Part shown: piece by piece, positions 40,385 through 50,812 of the stretch
Layout of the letters: each line of letters begins with the position of its first letter
Numbering within the stretch: the stretch's first letter is position 1
Assembly (NCBI GenBank): GCA_963832165.1
Contig: CAWHTE010000002.1
Span: 192,001-256,000, forward strand
Length of the DNA: 64,000 nt
Direction of reading: 5' to 3'
From: an uncultured delta proteobacterium
Lineage (GTDB): Bacteria; Myxococcota_A; UBA9160; SMWR01
Made by a program: the position numbers and the translations under genes
The notes under the pieces: generated by a model
The model's database searches: none
Told to the model about the DNA's origin: nothing
Seen by the model: only the letters and a program-made list of their open reading frames with translations

Positions 40385-41298
40385 TCCGATCCACGGCGCG
40401 CGCGCGGGATGGAATGATCCCAATCCGCGAGCAGCGTGCGCAGGCCCGTAACGAGCAGGAGCGGCTGGTCGAGCATCATGTGGTGATAGGCCTCGGGAAT
40501 CTCGATGACGGGCGCCCTGCGGCCGAGCAGCTCGTACATGTACTCGCCGATGTCGGGCGTCACGAGGCCGTTCTCGGCGCGGAACAGCGCGACGCGGCAG
40601 CGCACGTCCGCGAGCAGCTCGTGGGTCGCGCGCGGCGTCACGCGCCGCCACACGACCGGATCGAACTTCCAGGTGTAGGCGTCGGCACCGGTCTCGGGAT
40701 GGCGCACGCGCACGAGCGATTCGCGCGCGACGTGGTCGATCACGTACGGCAGCGACGAGGGCTGATCGGGCACGGTCCGGAAGTGACGCAGCGCGGTCTC
40801 GACATCGGGGTAGATCTTCGGATTGCGGAACGCCTTGCCGCGCGCGCCTTCCTCCTCCTCTGGATCGAGCCTCCGAACCGGGGAGTCGAGGATCACGGCG
40901 CCCGCGAGCTCCGCGCCGAACTCGACCGCAGTCGCGATCGTCACGAAGCCGCCCATGCTGTGGCCGACCACCACGGGCGGCCCCGCGGTGCCGAGGTCCT
41001 TCGCGACCGCCAACACTTCGCGCGCCCAGAGGTCGCGTGGATAGGCGTCGCGGCGGCCGCTCTCGCCATGACCCGAGAGGTCGATCGCAGCGACGCGGTA
41101 CTCGGGCACGAAGAGTGGCGCGATGAAGCTCCACCAGTGGGCGTGCGCGGCGCCGCCGTGCACGAAGACGATTCCGGGCCGCCCGCTGGGGCCCCAGTGC
41201 AGGTAGTGAATGCGCGCGCCTTCGACTTCGACCTCGCCGTGCTGCGGCCGGTTGGCGAGCGCGCGGCGGAACCACGCGGGAGTGGGGGTACCAGTCAT
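40381..41298 (-). CDS. Alpha/beta hydrolase
   Basis: VHGGAAHAHWW, DLSGHGES, GHSMGG, AYHHMMLDQP. Confidence 0.92.
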   Translation of the reverse strand: MTGTPTPAWFRRALANRPQHGEVEVEGARIHYLHWGPSGRPGIVFVHGGAAHAHWWSFIAPLFVPEYRVAAIDLSGHGESGRRDAYPRDLWAREVLAVAKDLGTAGPPVVVGHSMGGFVTIATAVEFGAELAGAVILDSPVRRLDPEEEEGARGKAFRNPKIYPDVETALRHFRTVPDQPSSLPYVIDHVARESLVRVRHPETGADAYTWKFDPVVWRRVTPRATHELLADVRCRVALFRAENGLVTPDIGEYMYELLGRRAPVIEIPEAYHHMMLDQPLLLVTGLRTLLADWDHSIPRARRGSE

Positions 41299-41509
41299 CC
41301 TCTCGTAGCTCTCCTCCGGGCGCGGACGTGAACCGTTCCGCGCCCGAACTTTCTGGTCAAGGCCCGGGGCCCACCGCCCGAAGAGAGGGACGGAGGGGTG
41401 GCGAGCTCGTGTGCCGAGCGGACCTGCCACTGCTGCACCCAGGCTGCTGCTGCCGCGCACGCCGAGTACCGACGCGACTCGCCGCCCCCCAGTTCGACCT
41501 CGCGTCGTT

Positions 41510-42556
41510 CTACGCGATGTCGAGCGGCGCGAGTGAGTCGATCAGCGCATCGAGCCGATCGCTCACGGCCGCGTCGAGCGCGTCAAACCGCAGGAACCAG
41601 CCATCAGCGTCGTCATTGCGCTCGACCACCGTGTGCACGAGCAGCGGCGCGGCGCCGAACGCGCCGAACATGGCGACGACGAGCGGATCGCCCACCGATA
41701 GGCGCTCGTCCCATTCGATCCGCAATCCCTCGCACGAGAGGTCGCGCGCGAGCAGCACGTGTGCGGTCCCGCCGTGCACGCCCATCACGCGCTGCTGGAA
41801 ACGGCGGCGCAGCGTGCGGCGGCGGTCGCGTGTCGGCGGCAGCACGCGCTCGCGCAGGCCGCGGTCGCCGCGGCTCGAGCTGCCCTCGACCGACGGGCGG
41901 AAGTCGATCGCGTGGCGCGCCATCAGTGCGCGCAGCGTGACGCGGTCGACGAGATCGAGTGCGCGGAACGCCACCGACACGTCGAACGTGCGCCCGTCGC
42001 CTGTCGCGAGCTCGCGTGAGCCGAGCACCTCGCCCGAGAGCACGAGGTGCCGCGGCGCGCTGAGCTCGGGTGGCAGCTCGAGCTCGACGCGCGCCCCCGT
42101 GCGCAGCAGAGCGGGGCTGATCAGACCGCAGCCGCCGATCGAGATGCGTGAGATCGTCACTTCGCGCCGGTCCTCGCCCACGCGCACCCACACCGAGGTG
42201 CCCAGCGCGACACGCGTCGAGAGCCGGCGCTCGCGGCTCGCCGCGAGGTCGGGGCGGCGCGTGAGCAGGCGCAGCACCGAGTTCTCGATCGGCCGCACCA
42301 GCTCGAGGTCGCACGGCGCTCCGAACGACTCGGCTCGGTCGCTGATCACGGCGTGCAGGTGGTGGGGCGGCGCCTCCGAGCCGCCATCGGCGAGCGCGCG
42401 TGCGCGCGACGGCGTCGATAGCAGGATCGGGACCGCCTCGCCGATCGTGGCACGGCGCGCGTCGCAATGCGCCACGCCGAGCGCGCGCAGCGCCGCGCGC
42501 ACGTCGTCGAGCTCGCCGTCGTCGAGCAGAGCGACCCGGGGAATCTCGGCTTCCAT
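41510..42556 (-). CDS. Tandem PilZ-domain protein
   Basis: ERRLSTR...ISIGGC and DRRRTLR...DLSCEG. Confidence 0.8.
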   Translation of the reverse strand: MEAEIPRVALLDDGELDDVRAALRALGVAHCDARRATIGEAVPILLSTPSRARALADGGSEAPPHHLHAVISDRAESFGAPCDLELVRPIENSVLRLLTRRPDLAASRERRLSTRVALGTSVWVRVGEDRREVTISRISIGGCGLISPALLRTGARVELELPPELSAPRHLVLSGEVLGSRELATGDGRTFDVSVAFRALDLVDRVTLRALMARHAIDFRPSVEGSSSRGDRGLRERVLPPTRDRRRTLRRRFQQRVMGVHGGTAHVLLARDLSCEGLRIEWDERLSVGDPLVVAMFGAFGAAPLLVHTVVERNDDADGWFLRFDALDAAVSDRLDALIDSLAPLDIA

Positions 42557-42617
42557 CGCGTTTTGGACAGATCGGCGCGCCGAGCCGCGTCCTGAATCGC
42601 CGTATGCGCCGGGCGGG

Positions 42618-42935
42618 TTATCCGAGCGAGCGCAGCTTCTGCTGCAACTCCCCGCTCTGGTACATCTCCACGACGATGTCGCAGCCCCCCTGGAACTCCC
42701 CCGCCACGTAGAGCTGAGGGATCGTGGGCCACGACGAGAACTCCTTGATGCCGTCGCGGATCTCGGAGTCCTCGAGCACGTTCACCGTCTGGTACTCGGG
42801 CACCAGCGTGTCGAGGATCTGCACCACGGTCGCCGAGAAGCCGCACTGGGGCCGCTGGCGGTTGCCCTTCATGAACAGCAGCACCGGGTGGCCTTTGACC
42901 AGACCGTCGATACGCGTGCGGGTCGAATCGTTCAT
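42618..42935 (-). CDS. grxD: Monothiol glutaredoxin Grx4
   Basis: [24 protein letters not shown]. Confidence 0.95.
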   Translation of the reverse strand: MNDSTRTRIDGLVKGHPVLLFMKGNRQRPQCGFSATVVQILDTLVPEYQTVNVLEDSEIRDGIKEFSSWPTIPQLYVAGEFQGGCDIVVEMYQSGELQQKLRSLG

Positions 42936-43423
42936 CGCGAATCCTCCGAAAGAGTTTCAGGCGAAAGCGGGACGAGGCGGATCGGGTCGAGCCAGGCGGC
43001 CATCGCGCGCTCGTCGCGCTGGAGATCGGCGAGGTGGATGCGGGCCAGCGTATCGCGCAGTGCGGCCTGCACCGCGCGCCAGAGCGCGCGCAGGCCGCAG
43101 TCGCTCGATCGCACGCACTTGCGCTGCTGACCGCCGTGGCACTCGCAGAAATCCTCGGAGAAGAAAGCGCCCCCGAGCACCTCGAGCGCGCTCCAGACGC
43201 TGATCTGTTCGGCGGGCCGCGCGAGCCGGTAGCCACCTTCGGCGCCGCGGACGCTCTCGACCAGTCCGCCCAGCCGAAGCTCGCGCATCAGCTTCGCGGT
43301 GTATTCGGGTGAGAGGCCCTCGGCATCGGCGATCTGCGAGATCGACACGGGCGCGCCGGTCGCGCTGAGCGACACCTGGAGCAGACACCGCAGGCCGTAT
43401 TCTTCACTCGCGAGCAGCTGCAT
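42932..43423 (-). CDS. Rrf2 family transcriptional regulator (IscR-like)
   Basis: [22 protein letters not shown], Cys-rich FCECH...KC...DC. Confidence 0.92.
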   Translation of the reverse strand: MQLLASEEYGLRCLLQVSLSATGAPVSISQIADAEGLSPEYTAKLMRELRLGGLVESVRGAEGGYRLARPAEQISVWSALEVLGGAFFSEDFCECHGGQQRKCVRSSDCGLRALWRAVQAALRDTLARIHLADLQRDERAMAAWLDPIRLVPLSPETLSEDSR

Positions 43424-43474
43424 CGCAGAGAACCTACGATACTATACCCATGAGTCAACATTGAGTTCTCCGCG

Positions 43475-44524
43475 GTGACTCCCGATCGATCCTCCAATGG
43501 TCTCGTCCGCGACCGGCTCGGCCGCCGACTCCACGACCTGCGCATCTCGGTCACCGACCGCTGCAACTTCCGCTGTCCCTACTGCATGCCCGCGGAGATC
43601 TACGGCGAGCACTACCCGTTCCTGCCGCGCCCGCAGCTCTTGACCTTCGAGGAGATCGAGCGGCTCGCGCGGATCTTCGTCGATCTCGGCGTGGAGAAGA
43701 TCCGCATCACGGGCGGCGAGCCGCTGCTGCGCCACGGGCTCCCGCAGTTGATCGAGGGCCTCTCTGCAATCCCGGGCCTCACCGATCTCACGCTGACCAC
43801 CAACGGTTACCTGCTCGCGAAGCAGGCCACGTCGCTCGCGAGCGCGGGTCTGCGCCGGATCACCGTGAGCTTCGACAGCCACGACGAGGAGGTGTTCCGG
43901 CGCATGAGCGGCCGCGACTTCGGCCCTGCGCGCGTGCTCGAGGGCATCGCGGCGGCCGCTGCAGCCGGTCTCGCGCCGATCAAGATCAACTGCGTGGTGC
44001 AGAAGGGTGTGAACGACCACCAGATCGTCGATCTCGCGCGCCACTTCCGCGGCAGCGGCCACATCCTGCGCTTCATCGAGTTCATGGACGTGGGGACGCT
44101 CAACCACTGGGACCTCACGCAGGTGGTGACCGCGCGCGAGATCATCGACCGCATCGCCCGTGAATATCCCCTCGAGCCGATCGGGCCCAACTACGCGGGC
44201 GAGGTGGCGGAGCGCTGGCGCTATGCGGATGGGGCGGGTGAGATCGGCGTGATCGCGTCGGTCTCGCAGCCGTTCTGCCGCGGCTGCACGCGCGCTCGGC
44301 TCACGATCGAGGGCAAGCTGGTCACGTGTCTGTTCGCGGCGGGCGGCGCCGATCTGCGCACGCCGCTGCGCGCGGGCGCGAGCGACGATGACCTGCGCGA
44401 CCAGATCGCGGGCATCTGGTCGCGTCGCGCCGATCGCTATTCGGAGGAGCGCGCTGCGCTGACCGACTCGGCGGGACACGTCGCGCCCCGACCCAAGATC
44501 GAGATGTATCAGGTAGGCGGCTAG
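43475..44524 (+). CDS. moaA: GTP 3',8-cyclase MoaA
   Basis: [32 protein letters not shown]-terminal GG. Confidence 0.96.
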   Translation: MTPDRSSNGLVRDRLGRRLHDLRISVTDRCNFRCPYCMPAEIYGEHYPFLPRPQLLTFEEIERLARIFVDLGVEKIRITGGEPLLRHGLPQLIEGLSAIPGLTDLTLTTNGYLLAKQATSLASAGLRRITVSFDSHDEEVFRRMSGRDFGPARVLEGIAAAAAAGLAPIKINCVVQKGVNDHQIVDLARHFRGSGHILRFIEFMDVGTLNHWDLTQVVTAREIIDRIAREYPLEPIGPNYAGEVAERWRYADGAGEIGVIASVSQPFCRGCTRARLTIEGKLVTCLFAAGGADLRTPLRAGASDDDLRDQIAGIWSRRADRYSEERAALTDSAGHVAPRPKIEMYQVGG

Positions 44525-44531
44525 ATCTCGC

Positions 44532-45839
44532 CTAAGGCTTGGGGTCGAGATTCACGAGCTCGCGGATCAGCGTCTCGGTGGGTACCGAAACCGTCTCGAC
44601 GCGCCCATCGTGTCTCTGCACCGCGATGTCGAAGCGGGGCGCCGTGGTCAGCGCCGTCCGCACGGCCTCGAACGCGCCCGGGGTACCGATCTGGACGCCG
44701 TTGATCGTCCGGACCCGGTCGCCGTTGCGCAGCCCGATGCGGTCGTAGAAGCCACCGCGCCGCACTCCATCGAGCTCGATCGCGACGAGCTGGTCTCCCT
44801 CGTAGATCGGAGTCGGCTTGCCTTCGGCGAGCAGTCCTCCCTCGGCGAGGATGGGCTCGGGCGGGTTGTCGATCCGCTCGCGAATCCTCTCCAGGCTCTG
44901 GCGTTGGAACTCGACCGATTCGGGATCGGGCTTCTTGAAGCCGAACCGATCGGCCAGGCGCGCCGGATTGGAGCCGACCACGAGCTGCTCGATGCGACCC
45001 TCGTTGTCGATCAGCACGCGACCCACCTCGATGCGGTCGAGTCGGGCCTTGGGATGATTCGCGAACGTATCTCCGATGTGGAGCGTCGCGACCACGAGAT
45101 CCCCGAGATCGATGATCACGGCGCTCGACTTGCTCTCGAGCTCGTCGACCTTCGTGGCCAGGAGATCGAGCGGCAGTGTCGTCGCCGGGTAGTCTTGCGG
45201 TGCGTCGCCAGGCGCGGCGGGCGGGGTAGGGGCCGGGACTTCGGCGGTCGGGCCGGTACTCTCGCCGGTCGGCGCCGCGGGTGCGGGTTGCATCGGTGAG
45301 GGCTCCGCAACGGGCCTAGGGAGCAGGAAGCCCGCTGCGATGCACGCGACGGCCACGCCCGAGAGCCACACGGGGATGCGAGCCTCGGAGCCGACCAGCC
45401 AGCGCGAGATCAGCACCGCCGCACCCACGCCGGCCGTCATTTCGGCGCAGCTCTGCAGGAAGTTTGCGATGCCCGCATAGCGCACCGAGTCCGTACCCCA
45501 CAGGCCCGACGGCAGCAGCAGCCCCGCGACCGCGGTACTCGCGATCGCGGCCGCGGTGAAAACGCCGAGTGCGAGCGCGACCCGACCGCGGCGCGCGAGC
45601 GAGAAGACGCGCTCGATGAGCGGCCACAGCAGGAAGGTCATCGCGACCGCCGGCAGCAGTCCCTTGAGCAGCACCACGCGCGCGTAGATCGCGAGCGCCA
45701 TCGGAAGCTGTCTCGCCGCGTCGGGATCCTGCGAGCGGACCATCAGCGCGCCCACGGCGAGCAGAGCGAGGAATCCCGCGCAGAGCAGCGCCGCGGAGCA
45801 GGCGAACCAGAGCAGCGCCCGAAGCAGGCCGCGGTTCAC
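44532..45839 (-). CDS. Multi-TM protein with GspC-like HR and PDZ domains
   Basis: About five TM segments, Pro-rich linker, LPLDLLAT...SAVII...IGD...[17 protein letters not shown], then [18 protein letters not shown] overlap. Confidence 0.7.
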   Translation of the reverse strand: MNRGLLRALLWFACSAALLCAGFLALLAVGALMVRSQDPDAARQLPMALAIYARVVLLKGLLPAVAMTFLLWPLIERVFSLARRGRVALALGVFTAAAIASTAVAGLLLPSGLWGTDSVRYAGIANFLQSCAEMTAGVGAAVLISRWLVGSEARIPVWLSGVAVACIAAGFLLPRPVAEPSPMQPAPAAPTGESTGPTAEVPAPTPPAAPGDAPQDYPATTLPLDLLATKVDELESKSSAVIIDLGDLVVATLHIGDTFANHPKARLDRIEVGRVLIDNEGRIEQLVVGSNPARLADRFGFKKPDPESVEFQRQSLERIRERIDNPPEPILAEGGLLAEGKPTPIYEGDQLVAIELDGVRRGGFYDRIGLRNGDRVRTINGVQIGTPGAFEAVRTALTTAPRFDIAVQRHDGRVETVSVPTETLIRELVNLDPKP

Positions 45840-48583
45840 GCGCACCGATTTCGACGCGCGCGCCGCCCGCGCGCGCACGCCAGACCCAGCGCACCCGCCA
45901 CGAGCGACGCAATCCCGTCGGGCTCGGGCAGCGCGACGAGGTCGAGCTCGCCCGCGATGAAGCCGCCCGACGAGAGCGGCGCGACGACTCCGCTCACCTC
46001 GTCGACCGTGACGATCTTGCCGCCCGAGCAGCTGCCGTCGGAAGCGCACACCCCGGCGTCGGCGACGTAGATGTCGCCACCCGGTCCCACCGCGATGCCC
46101 GTGGGCCGCTGCCACGGATAGGTGTTGTTGAGCGCGGTGGCGGCGCCCGTCGACGGGTCGATGCGATACACGCCATGGCCCGTGGTGTTCTGCAGTCCAG
46201 CCGCCAGAATCGCACCGTTCGCCTCCACGGCGAGGTCGAGCCATTTCCGGCTCGCGAGAGTCGGATCGAGGACGGTGATCGCCTTCGTGACGGCGTTGAT
46301 GCGCATCACGCCGTTGCCCAGGAAGCCGGCTCCGGTCACGAGCAGATTGCCGTTCGCCTCGAGCGCGAGCGCGTCGCCGTCCCAACCGAGTAGCGTCGTC
46401 CCCGCCGGAACGGAGAGCCAGGTCGACTTCGCGCCCACGCCGACGAGCGACCAGGTGACCTTCGAGATCTGCGTCTGCTCGAGTACGTACGGATTTCCGG
46501 AGGCGTCGAACGCGAGCTGGAGCGACTCCTTCGGTACGAGCGGCGGACTCGCCTGGCGCTGTGCGCCCGACGCCGCCACCGCGAACAGCCCGGCAGGATC
46601 GGCCACCACGATCTCCGCGCCGCCGCGCAGCGCCACGCCCTGCGGAGCCTGTAGCTGCGCGCCCTGGCTGATCAGGGTCTGTGCCCCCGTGACGGTGTTC
46701 ACGAAGAACACCGCGCGGCTCTCGCGGTCGACGGCGACGAGACCCGGCTGCGCGACGAAGGGCTTCTCGCTCTCGCTCGCCGCGGACGAGCAGCCGGTAT
46801 CGGCGGGATGGTCGGTGAATCCGTCGTTGTCGTTGTCGACGCCGTCGCTGCACTGGGCCTTTTCGAACGCGTCGTCGAGGGCGACGCAGCCCGGGTACTG
46901 GACCGGGTAGTCGACCCGTCCATCGACGTCGTTGTCGACGCCGTCCGAGCACTGCGGGTTCTCGGAGAGATCTGCGGCCGAGTCGCACTGAGCGTCGGCC
47001 GGGAAGTCGATGTCACCGTCGCCGTCGTCGTCGAGCCCATCGCTGCAGTCCGCGACCTCGGAGAGGTCGGACGCGCGCACGCACTGGGCGTCAGCCGGGT
47101 AGTCGATGCTCGCATCGGCGTCGTTGTTGATTCCGTCCGAGCACTGCGGGTTCTCGAGCGGCCAGTCGGGCGTGAAGCAGCCGGGATCGCTCGGATGATC
47201 GGTCGGTCCGTCGCCATCGTCGTCGATGCCGTTCGAGCAGTCGGGGCGTTCGGTGGAGTCGGTGGCCGACCAGCAGCCCGAATCGGCGGGGAAGTCCACA
47301 TCGCCGTCGCCGTCATCGTCGATGCCATCCTGGCAATCGAACTGCTCGGAATGGTCGCCCGGGGACCAGCAGCCCGGGTCGTTCGGGTAGTCGGTCGAGC
47401 CGTCGAGATCATCGTCAGTGCCATTGCTGCACGGCGGCGGGGTCAGGTAGGCCACCCAACCCTGGGGATTGCCCTGCGGATCCACGCCGCGACCCACCAC
47501 GCGGAAGCTGTTCGCGACGACGTCGGACACGCCAAGCGCTTCGACGAGTACCCAGCCCGTGAGGTCGAGGCCGTAGTCGCTGGTCAGCACACTCGCGAGG
47601 TCGCGCATGCCGTGCGCCGCATCCCAGATGAAGGCGCGGTCGGTGCCATTCGCGTCGACGGCGCGCCCGACGATCACGCCTCCGTTGGCCGACGCGGCGT
47701 GCGCCTCGCTGTCGACGAAGGGAGCGCCCGGCAGAGAGCCGAGCTGCTGCACGGTGGCGAAGCTCGCTCCGCTCCAGCGCACCGCCTGCTTGTCGGCCGC
47801 GACGACGGTTCCGCCGGGCAGCGTGATCGTGCGCTTGGTGCTCGAGCCCACGATCGCCGTTCCGTCGCTCGACACGGCCGCCGCCGAGGCCGCAATCGGC
47901 GCGCCCGCGTGCAGGTGCGGCAGCGGGTTCAAGCCCGAGCCGCTCCAGTACCAGGCGTCCTTGCCGCTGTTGCTCTCGTGATCTCCGACGATGATCGAGC
48001 CCGTGAGCGAGGCGCCGAGCGCCTGGCCGACCTCCTCGCTCGCCGCGAGATTGCCGAGATCGGAGAGCGTCGTGCCGCCGCCGGCCCAGCGCACGGGGTC
48101 GACGTGCAGCGGCGAGCTGAGTCCGCCCCTTGCGACGGAGAGCCCGACTGCGACCAGACCGTTGCCCGAGACCCCGAACCCCTCGGTGATCGGATCGCAG
48201 CCCGAGCAGCTCTGGTTGTTCAGCAGCGTCATCACGCCGCCGCTCCAGCGGTAGGCGCGCCGGACTCCGCTCGCGTCGTCGCTGCTTCCGACGATCACCG
48301 AGCCCGTGCTGGAGACGGCGCGCGCGGAGCTCCACGGATTCGCGAGCGACAGGAACCCGAGCCCGCTCATGCCGCCGCTCTGCGTCCAGCGGAAGGCCTG
48401 AGTGCCGCTCGTCCCCACGCTCTCGCCAACGACGACCTGACCATCGGCGGAGATCGCGAGCGCGACGCTGTCGCTGGTGCCGCCCGGAAGATCGCCGACG
48501 CCGGTGAACGAGGGAAGATCGGCCCTGCCCGCGCTCGCCAGGAGCAGCGAGCCGAGGATCGCGATCCGAAGGTAGGGGCTCAC
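45836..48583 (-). CDS. Large secreted PEP-CTERM protein (HAF-type repeats, Asp-rich Cys repeats, propeller)
   Basis: Signal peptide; ISADGQVVVG...QAFRW repeats; seven CSDGxDxDxDG repeats; LPEPDGIASLVAGALGLACARGRR. Confidence 0.88.
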   Translation of the reverse strand: MSPYLRIAILGSLLLASAGRADLPSFTGVGDLPGGTSDSVALAISADGQVVVGESVGTSGTQAFRWTQSGGMSGLGFLSLANPWSSARAVSSTGSVIVGSSDDASGVRRAYRWSGGVMTLLNNQSCSGCDPITEGFGVSGNGLVAVGLSVARGGLSSPLHVDPVRWAGGGTTLSDLGNLAASEEVGQALGASLTGSIIVGDHESNSGKDAWYWSGSGLNPLPHLHAGAPIAASAAAVSSDGTAIVGSSTKRTITLPGGTVVAADKQAVRWSGASFATVQQLGSLPGAPFVDSEAHAASANGGVIVGRAVDANGTDRAFIWDAAHGMRDLASVLTSDYGLDLTGWVLVEALGVSDVVANSFRVVGRGVDPQGNPQGWVAYLTPPPCSNGTDDDLDGSTDYPNDPGCWSPGDHSEQFDCQDGIDDDGDGDVDFPADSGCWSATDSTERPDCSNGIDDDGDGPTDHPSDPGCFTPDWPLENPQCSDGINNDADASIDYPADAQCVRASDLSEVADCSDGLDDDGDGDIDFPADAQCDSAADLSENPQCSDGVDNDVDGRVDYPVQYPGCVALDDAFEKAQCSDGVDNDNDGFTDHPADTGCSSAASESEKPFVAQPGLVAVDRESRAVFFVNTVTGAQTLISQGAQLQAPQGVALRGGAEIVVADPAGLFAVAASGAQRQASPPLVPKESLQLAFDASGNPYVLEQTQISKVTWSLVGVGAKSTWLSVPAGTTLLGWDGDALALEANGNLLVTGAGFLGNGVMRINAVTKAITVLDPTLASRKWLDLAVEANGAILAAGLQNTTGHGVYRIDPSTGAATALNNTYPWQRPTGIAVGPGGDIYVADAGVCASDGSCSGGKIVTVDEVSGVVAPLSSGGFIAGELDLVALPEPDGIASLVAGALGLACARGRRARRNRCA
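46790..47431 (-). repeat. Seven tandem ~32-aa coding repeats CxDGxDxDxDGxxD(Y/F/H)PxDxxC
   Basis: Read directly from the translation; probably Ca-binding and disulfide-closed. Confidence 0.85.
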
Positions 48584-48593
48584 ACGCTAGAGA

Positions 48594-49289
48594 TTACGTC
48601 CCCGCGAGGCGGACAAGGCACTGCTCGATCAGGGGATTGGTCGGGAACGTGTCCTGCGTCTTCAGCGTGAGGTCTCCGACCAGGTGGATGGGATAAGGGA
48701 ACGCGCCGAACGGGAAGATCGTGTCGATGTGCTGAGTGACCGTCATCTGGCCCGTTCCCAGGAACAGACCCAGCGCATCGAGCAGCGGCAGCGGTATGTC
48801 CGCCACCAGGTGGAAGGGGAACGGGATCAAGGGGTCCCCGAACAGCGGGTTCGGCTCGATGAACCGGGCGGCCGTGTTCACGACCACGTCGAACGTGGCG
48901 GTCTGCGCGAGGAGGGCGTACGCGAACGCGCCACCGCTCTCGCTCGCGAGCGCGATGCAGATCGGCGGGAACTCGAGCACGTGTACGAAGTTGAGGCCAG
49001 TTCCCGTGAACAGCACGTCGTCGACCGTGATGTCTCCGTCCATCGTTCCGTCGAGGTAGTCGAACAGATCCATGCTCACGTTGATGGTCATCACGACGCC
49101 GCCGCCCAGCGTCAGCTTTCCACTCTCGACATCGATCGGCGGGTCGTCGAGCGTCTGAAAGAACAGGTTCAGCGCGCTGCCGTCCTGCATGGCGAACGTC
49201 TTCTGGATCGCCAGATTGCAGCCCACAGTAGACATTGCGAAGAGTGCGAGGACACCAGAAAGCAGGGTTCGCTTGAGCTGCATTGTCAT
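48594..49289 (-). CDS. Hypothetical lipoprotein
   Basis: Lipobox-like STVGC after a hydrophobic stretch; no family recognised. Confidence 0.7.
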   Translation of the reverse strand: MTMQLKRTLLSGVLALFAMSTVGCNLAIQKTFAMQDGSALNLFFQTLDDPPIDVESGKLTLGGGVVMTINVSMDLFDYLDGTMDGDITVDDVLFTGTGLNFVHVLEFPPICIALASESGGAFAYALLAQTATFDVVVNTAARFIEPNPLFGDPLIPFPFHLVADIPLPLLDALGLFLGTGQMTVTQHIDTIFPFGAFPYPIHLVGDLTLKTQDTFPTNPLIEQCLVRLAGT

Positions 49290-49534
49290 TCCTTGTTTCG
49301 TGTCCTGTTAAGATTTGTGGACGCGATCGATAAAAAAGTGAACAAGTTTCATTGGGGCGCCTAATAGTCCGTCACGCTAAGGGGCGTGTCGAATCGCCGC
49401 TTCTGGCGCAACCCAGGGCATTATAAGCGAATTCCCTACACCCGTGTTTCGAAAAGCAGATTCCCCGCGGGAACTATCGGGTTCCACACCTGGGAGCTCA
49501 TGGGAATAATGGTGGGGAGGTCGCGGATCGGGCG

Positions 49535-50752
49535 TTAGCCGATCCCGCGCAATACCTCGGCCAGCCGCTCGTAGTCGCCAATCGAGTTGTAGGCCTGCGC
49601 GGAGATCCGGAGCAGCCGGCCCGGGTGGGCGGCGCACGTGAGTACGGGCACCTCGATGCGGTGTTCGCGGAACAGCGTGTCGTGGAGTGGGTCGAGGTCG
49701 AGCGCGGACATCGCCTGGGGCGCGGGAAGATGGGGCAGCGGCGGCACGGGCAGCGACGCCATCGCGCCGATCATCGCGTCCGGGCACGGAAGCGGAGCGC
49801 CTAGCGCGTCGGCGATCACGCGGCGACCCGCGAGCGCCAGATCGCGATTGCGTCCGCGCAGCGCCGCGGCGCCGCCGGGCACCAGCTGCTCGAGGAAGTG
49901 CAGCGCGGCGGGCACCGCGAGTGCGGACGTGCAGTCGTCGGTTCCGGTCCACGCGAACTCTATGAAATAACGCTGCTCCAGCGGCACGGGCGCGTTGGCG
50001 CCGTGGCTGATCACCGCGGGTCGGACGTCGCGGCGGCGGTCCTCGCGCACCCAGAGGAAGCCCACCCCCTTCGGCGCGCAGATCCACTTGTGGCAGTTGG
50101 CCGCATAGTAGGCGGGCGCGAGCGCGCGGATGTCGACGTCCACCATTCCGGGTGCGTGGGCGCCATCCACGAGCACGTCGACGCCGCGTGTCTCGAGCTC
50201 GCGCACGAGCTCGGCGATCGGAAACACGAGCGCGGTCTGGCTCGTGACGTGGTCGATCACTGCGAGCCGCGTGCGATCCGTGACGCGCGCGAGCACCGCC
50301 TCGAGCACGGCGTCGGGCCCCGTGATCGGGAACGGGACCTGCGCCACGACCACGCGACAGCCGCGCTCGGCGGCCACGTACTCCATGATGTTGCGCGTCG
50401 CGTTGTACTCGTGGTCGGTGACGAGCAGCTCCGATCCAGCCGGCAGCGGAACCGACCGCAGCACGGCGTTGATCGCAGTCGTCACGTTCGGCACGAACGC
50501 GAGCCCAGCGGTTGGGGCGTTCACGAAGCGCGCGAGCTCCTTGCGCGCAGCCGCGAGCAGGACGGGCGCTTCCCGGTTGAAGAAGCGCGCGGGCTCGCGC
50601 TCGAGCTGGTCGCGCAGCGCCTGCTGCGCCGCGAGCACGGGCCGCGGACACGCGCCGTACGAGCCGTGGTTCAGATAGGTGATCTCGGGATCGAGCGTCC
50701 AGTGGCGTGCGAGATCGTTCGCGGATTGCGGGCGTGCGGCGTTCTCCTGCAA
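49535..50752 (-). CDS. Class V PLP enzyme (isopenicillin N epimerase / cysteine desulfhydrase-like)
   Basis: YLNHGSYGACP, DHVTSQTA, VDGAHAPG, NCHKWICAPKG, RISAQAYN; GGAGG before TTG. Confidence 0.9.
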   Translation of the reverse strand: MQENAARPQSANDLARHWTLDPEITYLNHGSYGACPRPVLAAQQALRDQLEREPARFFNREAPVLLAAARKELARFVNAPTAGLAFVPNVTTAINAVLRSVPLPAGSELLVTDHEYNATRNIMEYVAAERGCRVVVAQVPFPITGPDAVLEAVLARVTDRTRLAVIDHVTSQTALVFPIAELVRELETRGVDVLVDGAHAPGMVDVDIRALAPAYYAANCHKWICAPKGVGFLWVREDRRRDVRPAVISHGANAPVPLEQRYFIEFAWTGTDDCTSALAVPAALHFLEQLVPGGAAALRGRNRDLALAGRRVIADALGAPLPCPDAMIGAMASLPVPPLPHLPAPQAMSALDLDPLHDTLFREHRIEVPVLTCAAHPGRLLRISAQAYNSIGDYERLAEVLRGIG

Positions 50753-50812
50753 GCGGGCCTCCGGACGGCGCAGGGTACATCGCGCGCGCGCGTCGTGTAC
50801 TCTCGACCGCCG

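Noticed and set aside
43424..43474. Moco RNA motif upstream of moaA
   Set aside because: The gap is too short (51 bp) and is explained by promoter elements
46790..47431. Periodic DNA repeats as a possible CRISPR array
   Set aside because: Degenerate, in-frame protein repeats; no identical direct repeats and no cas genes
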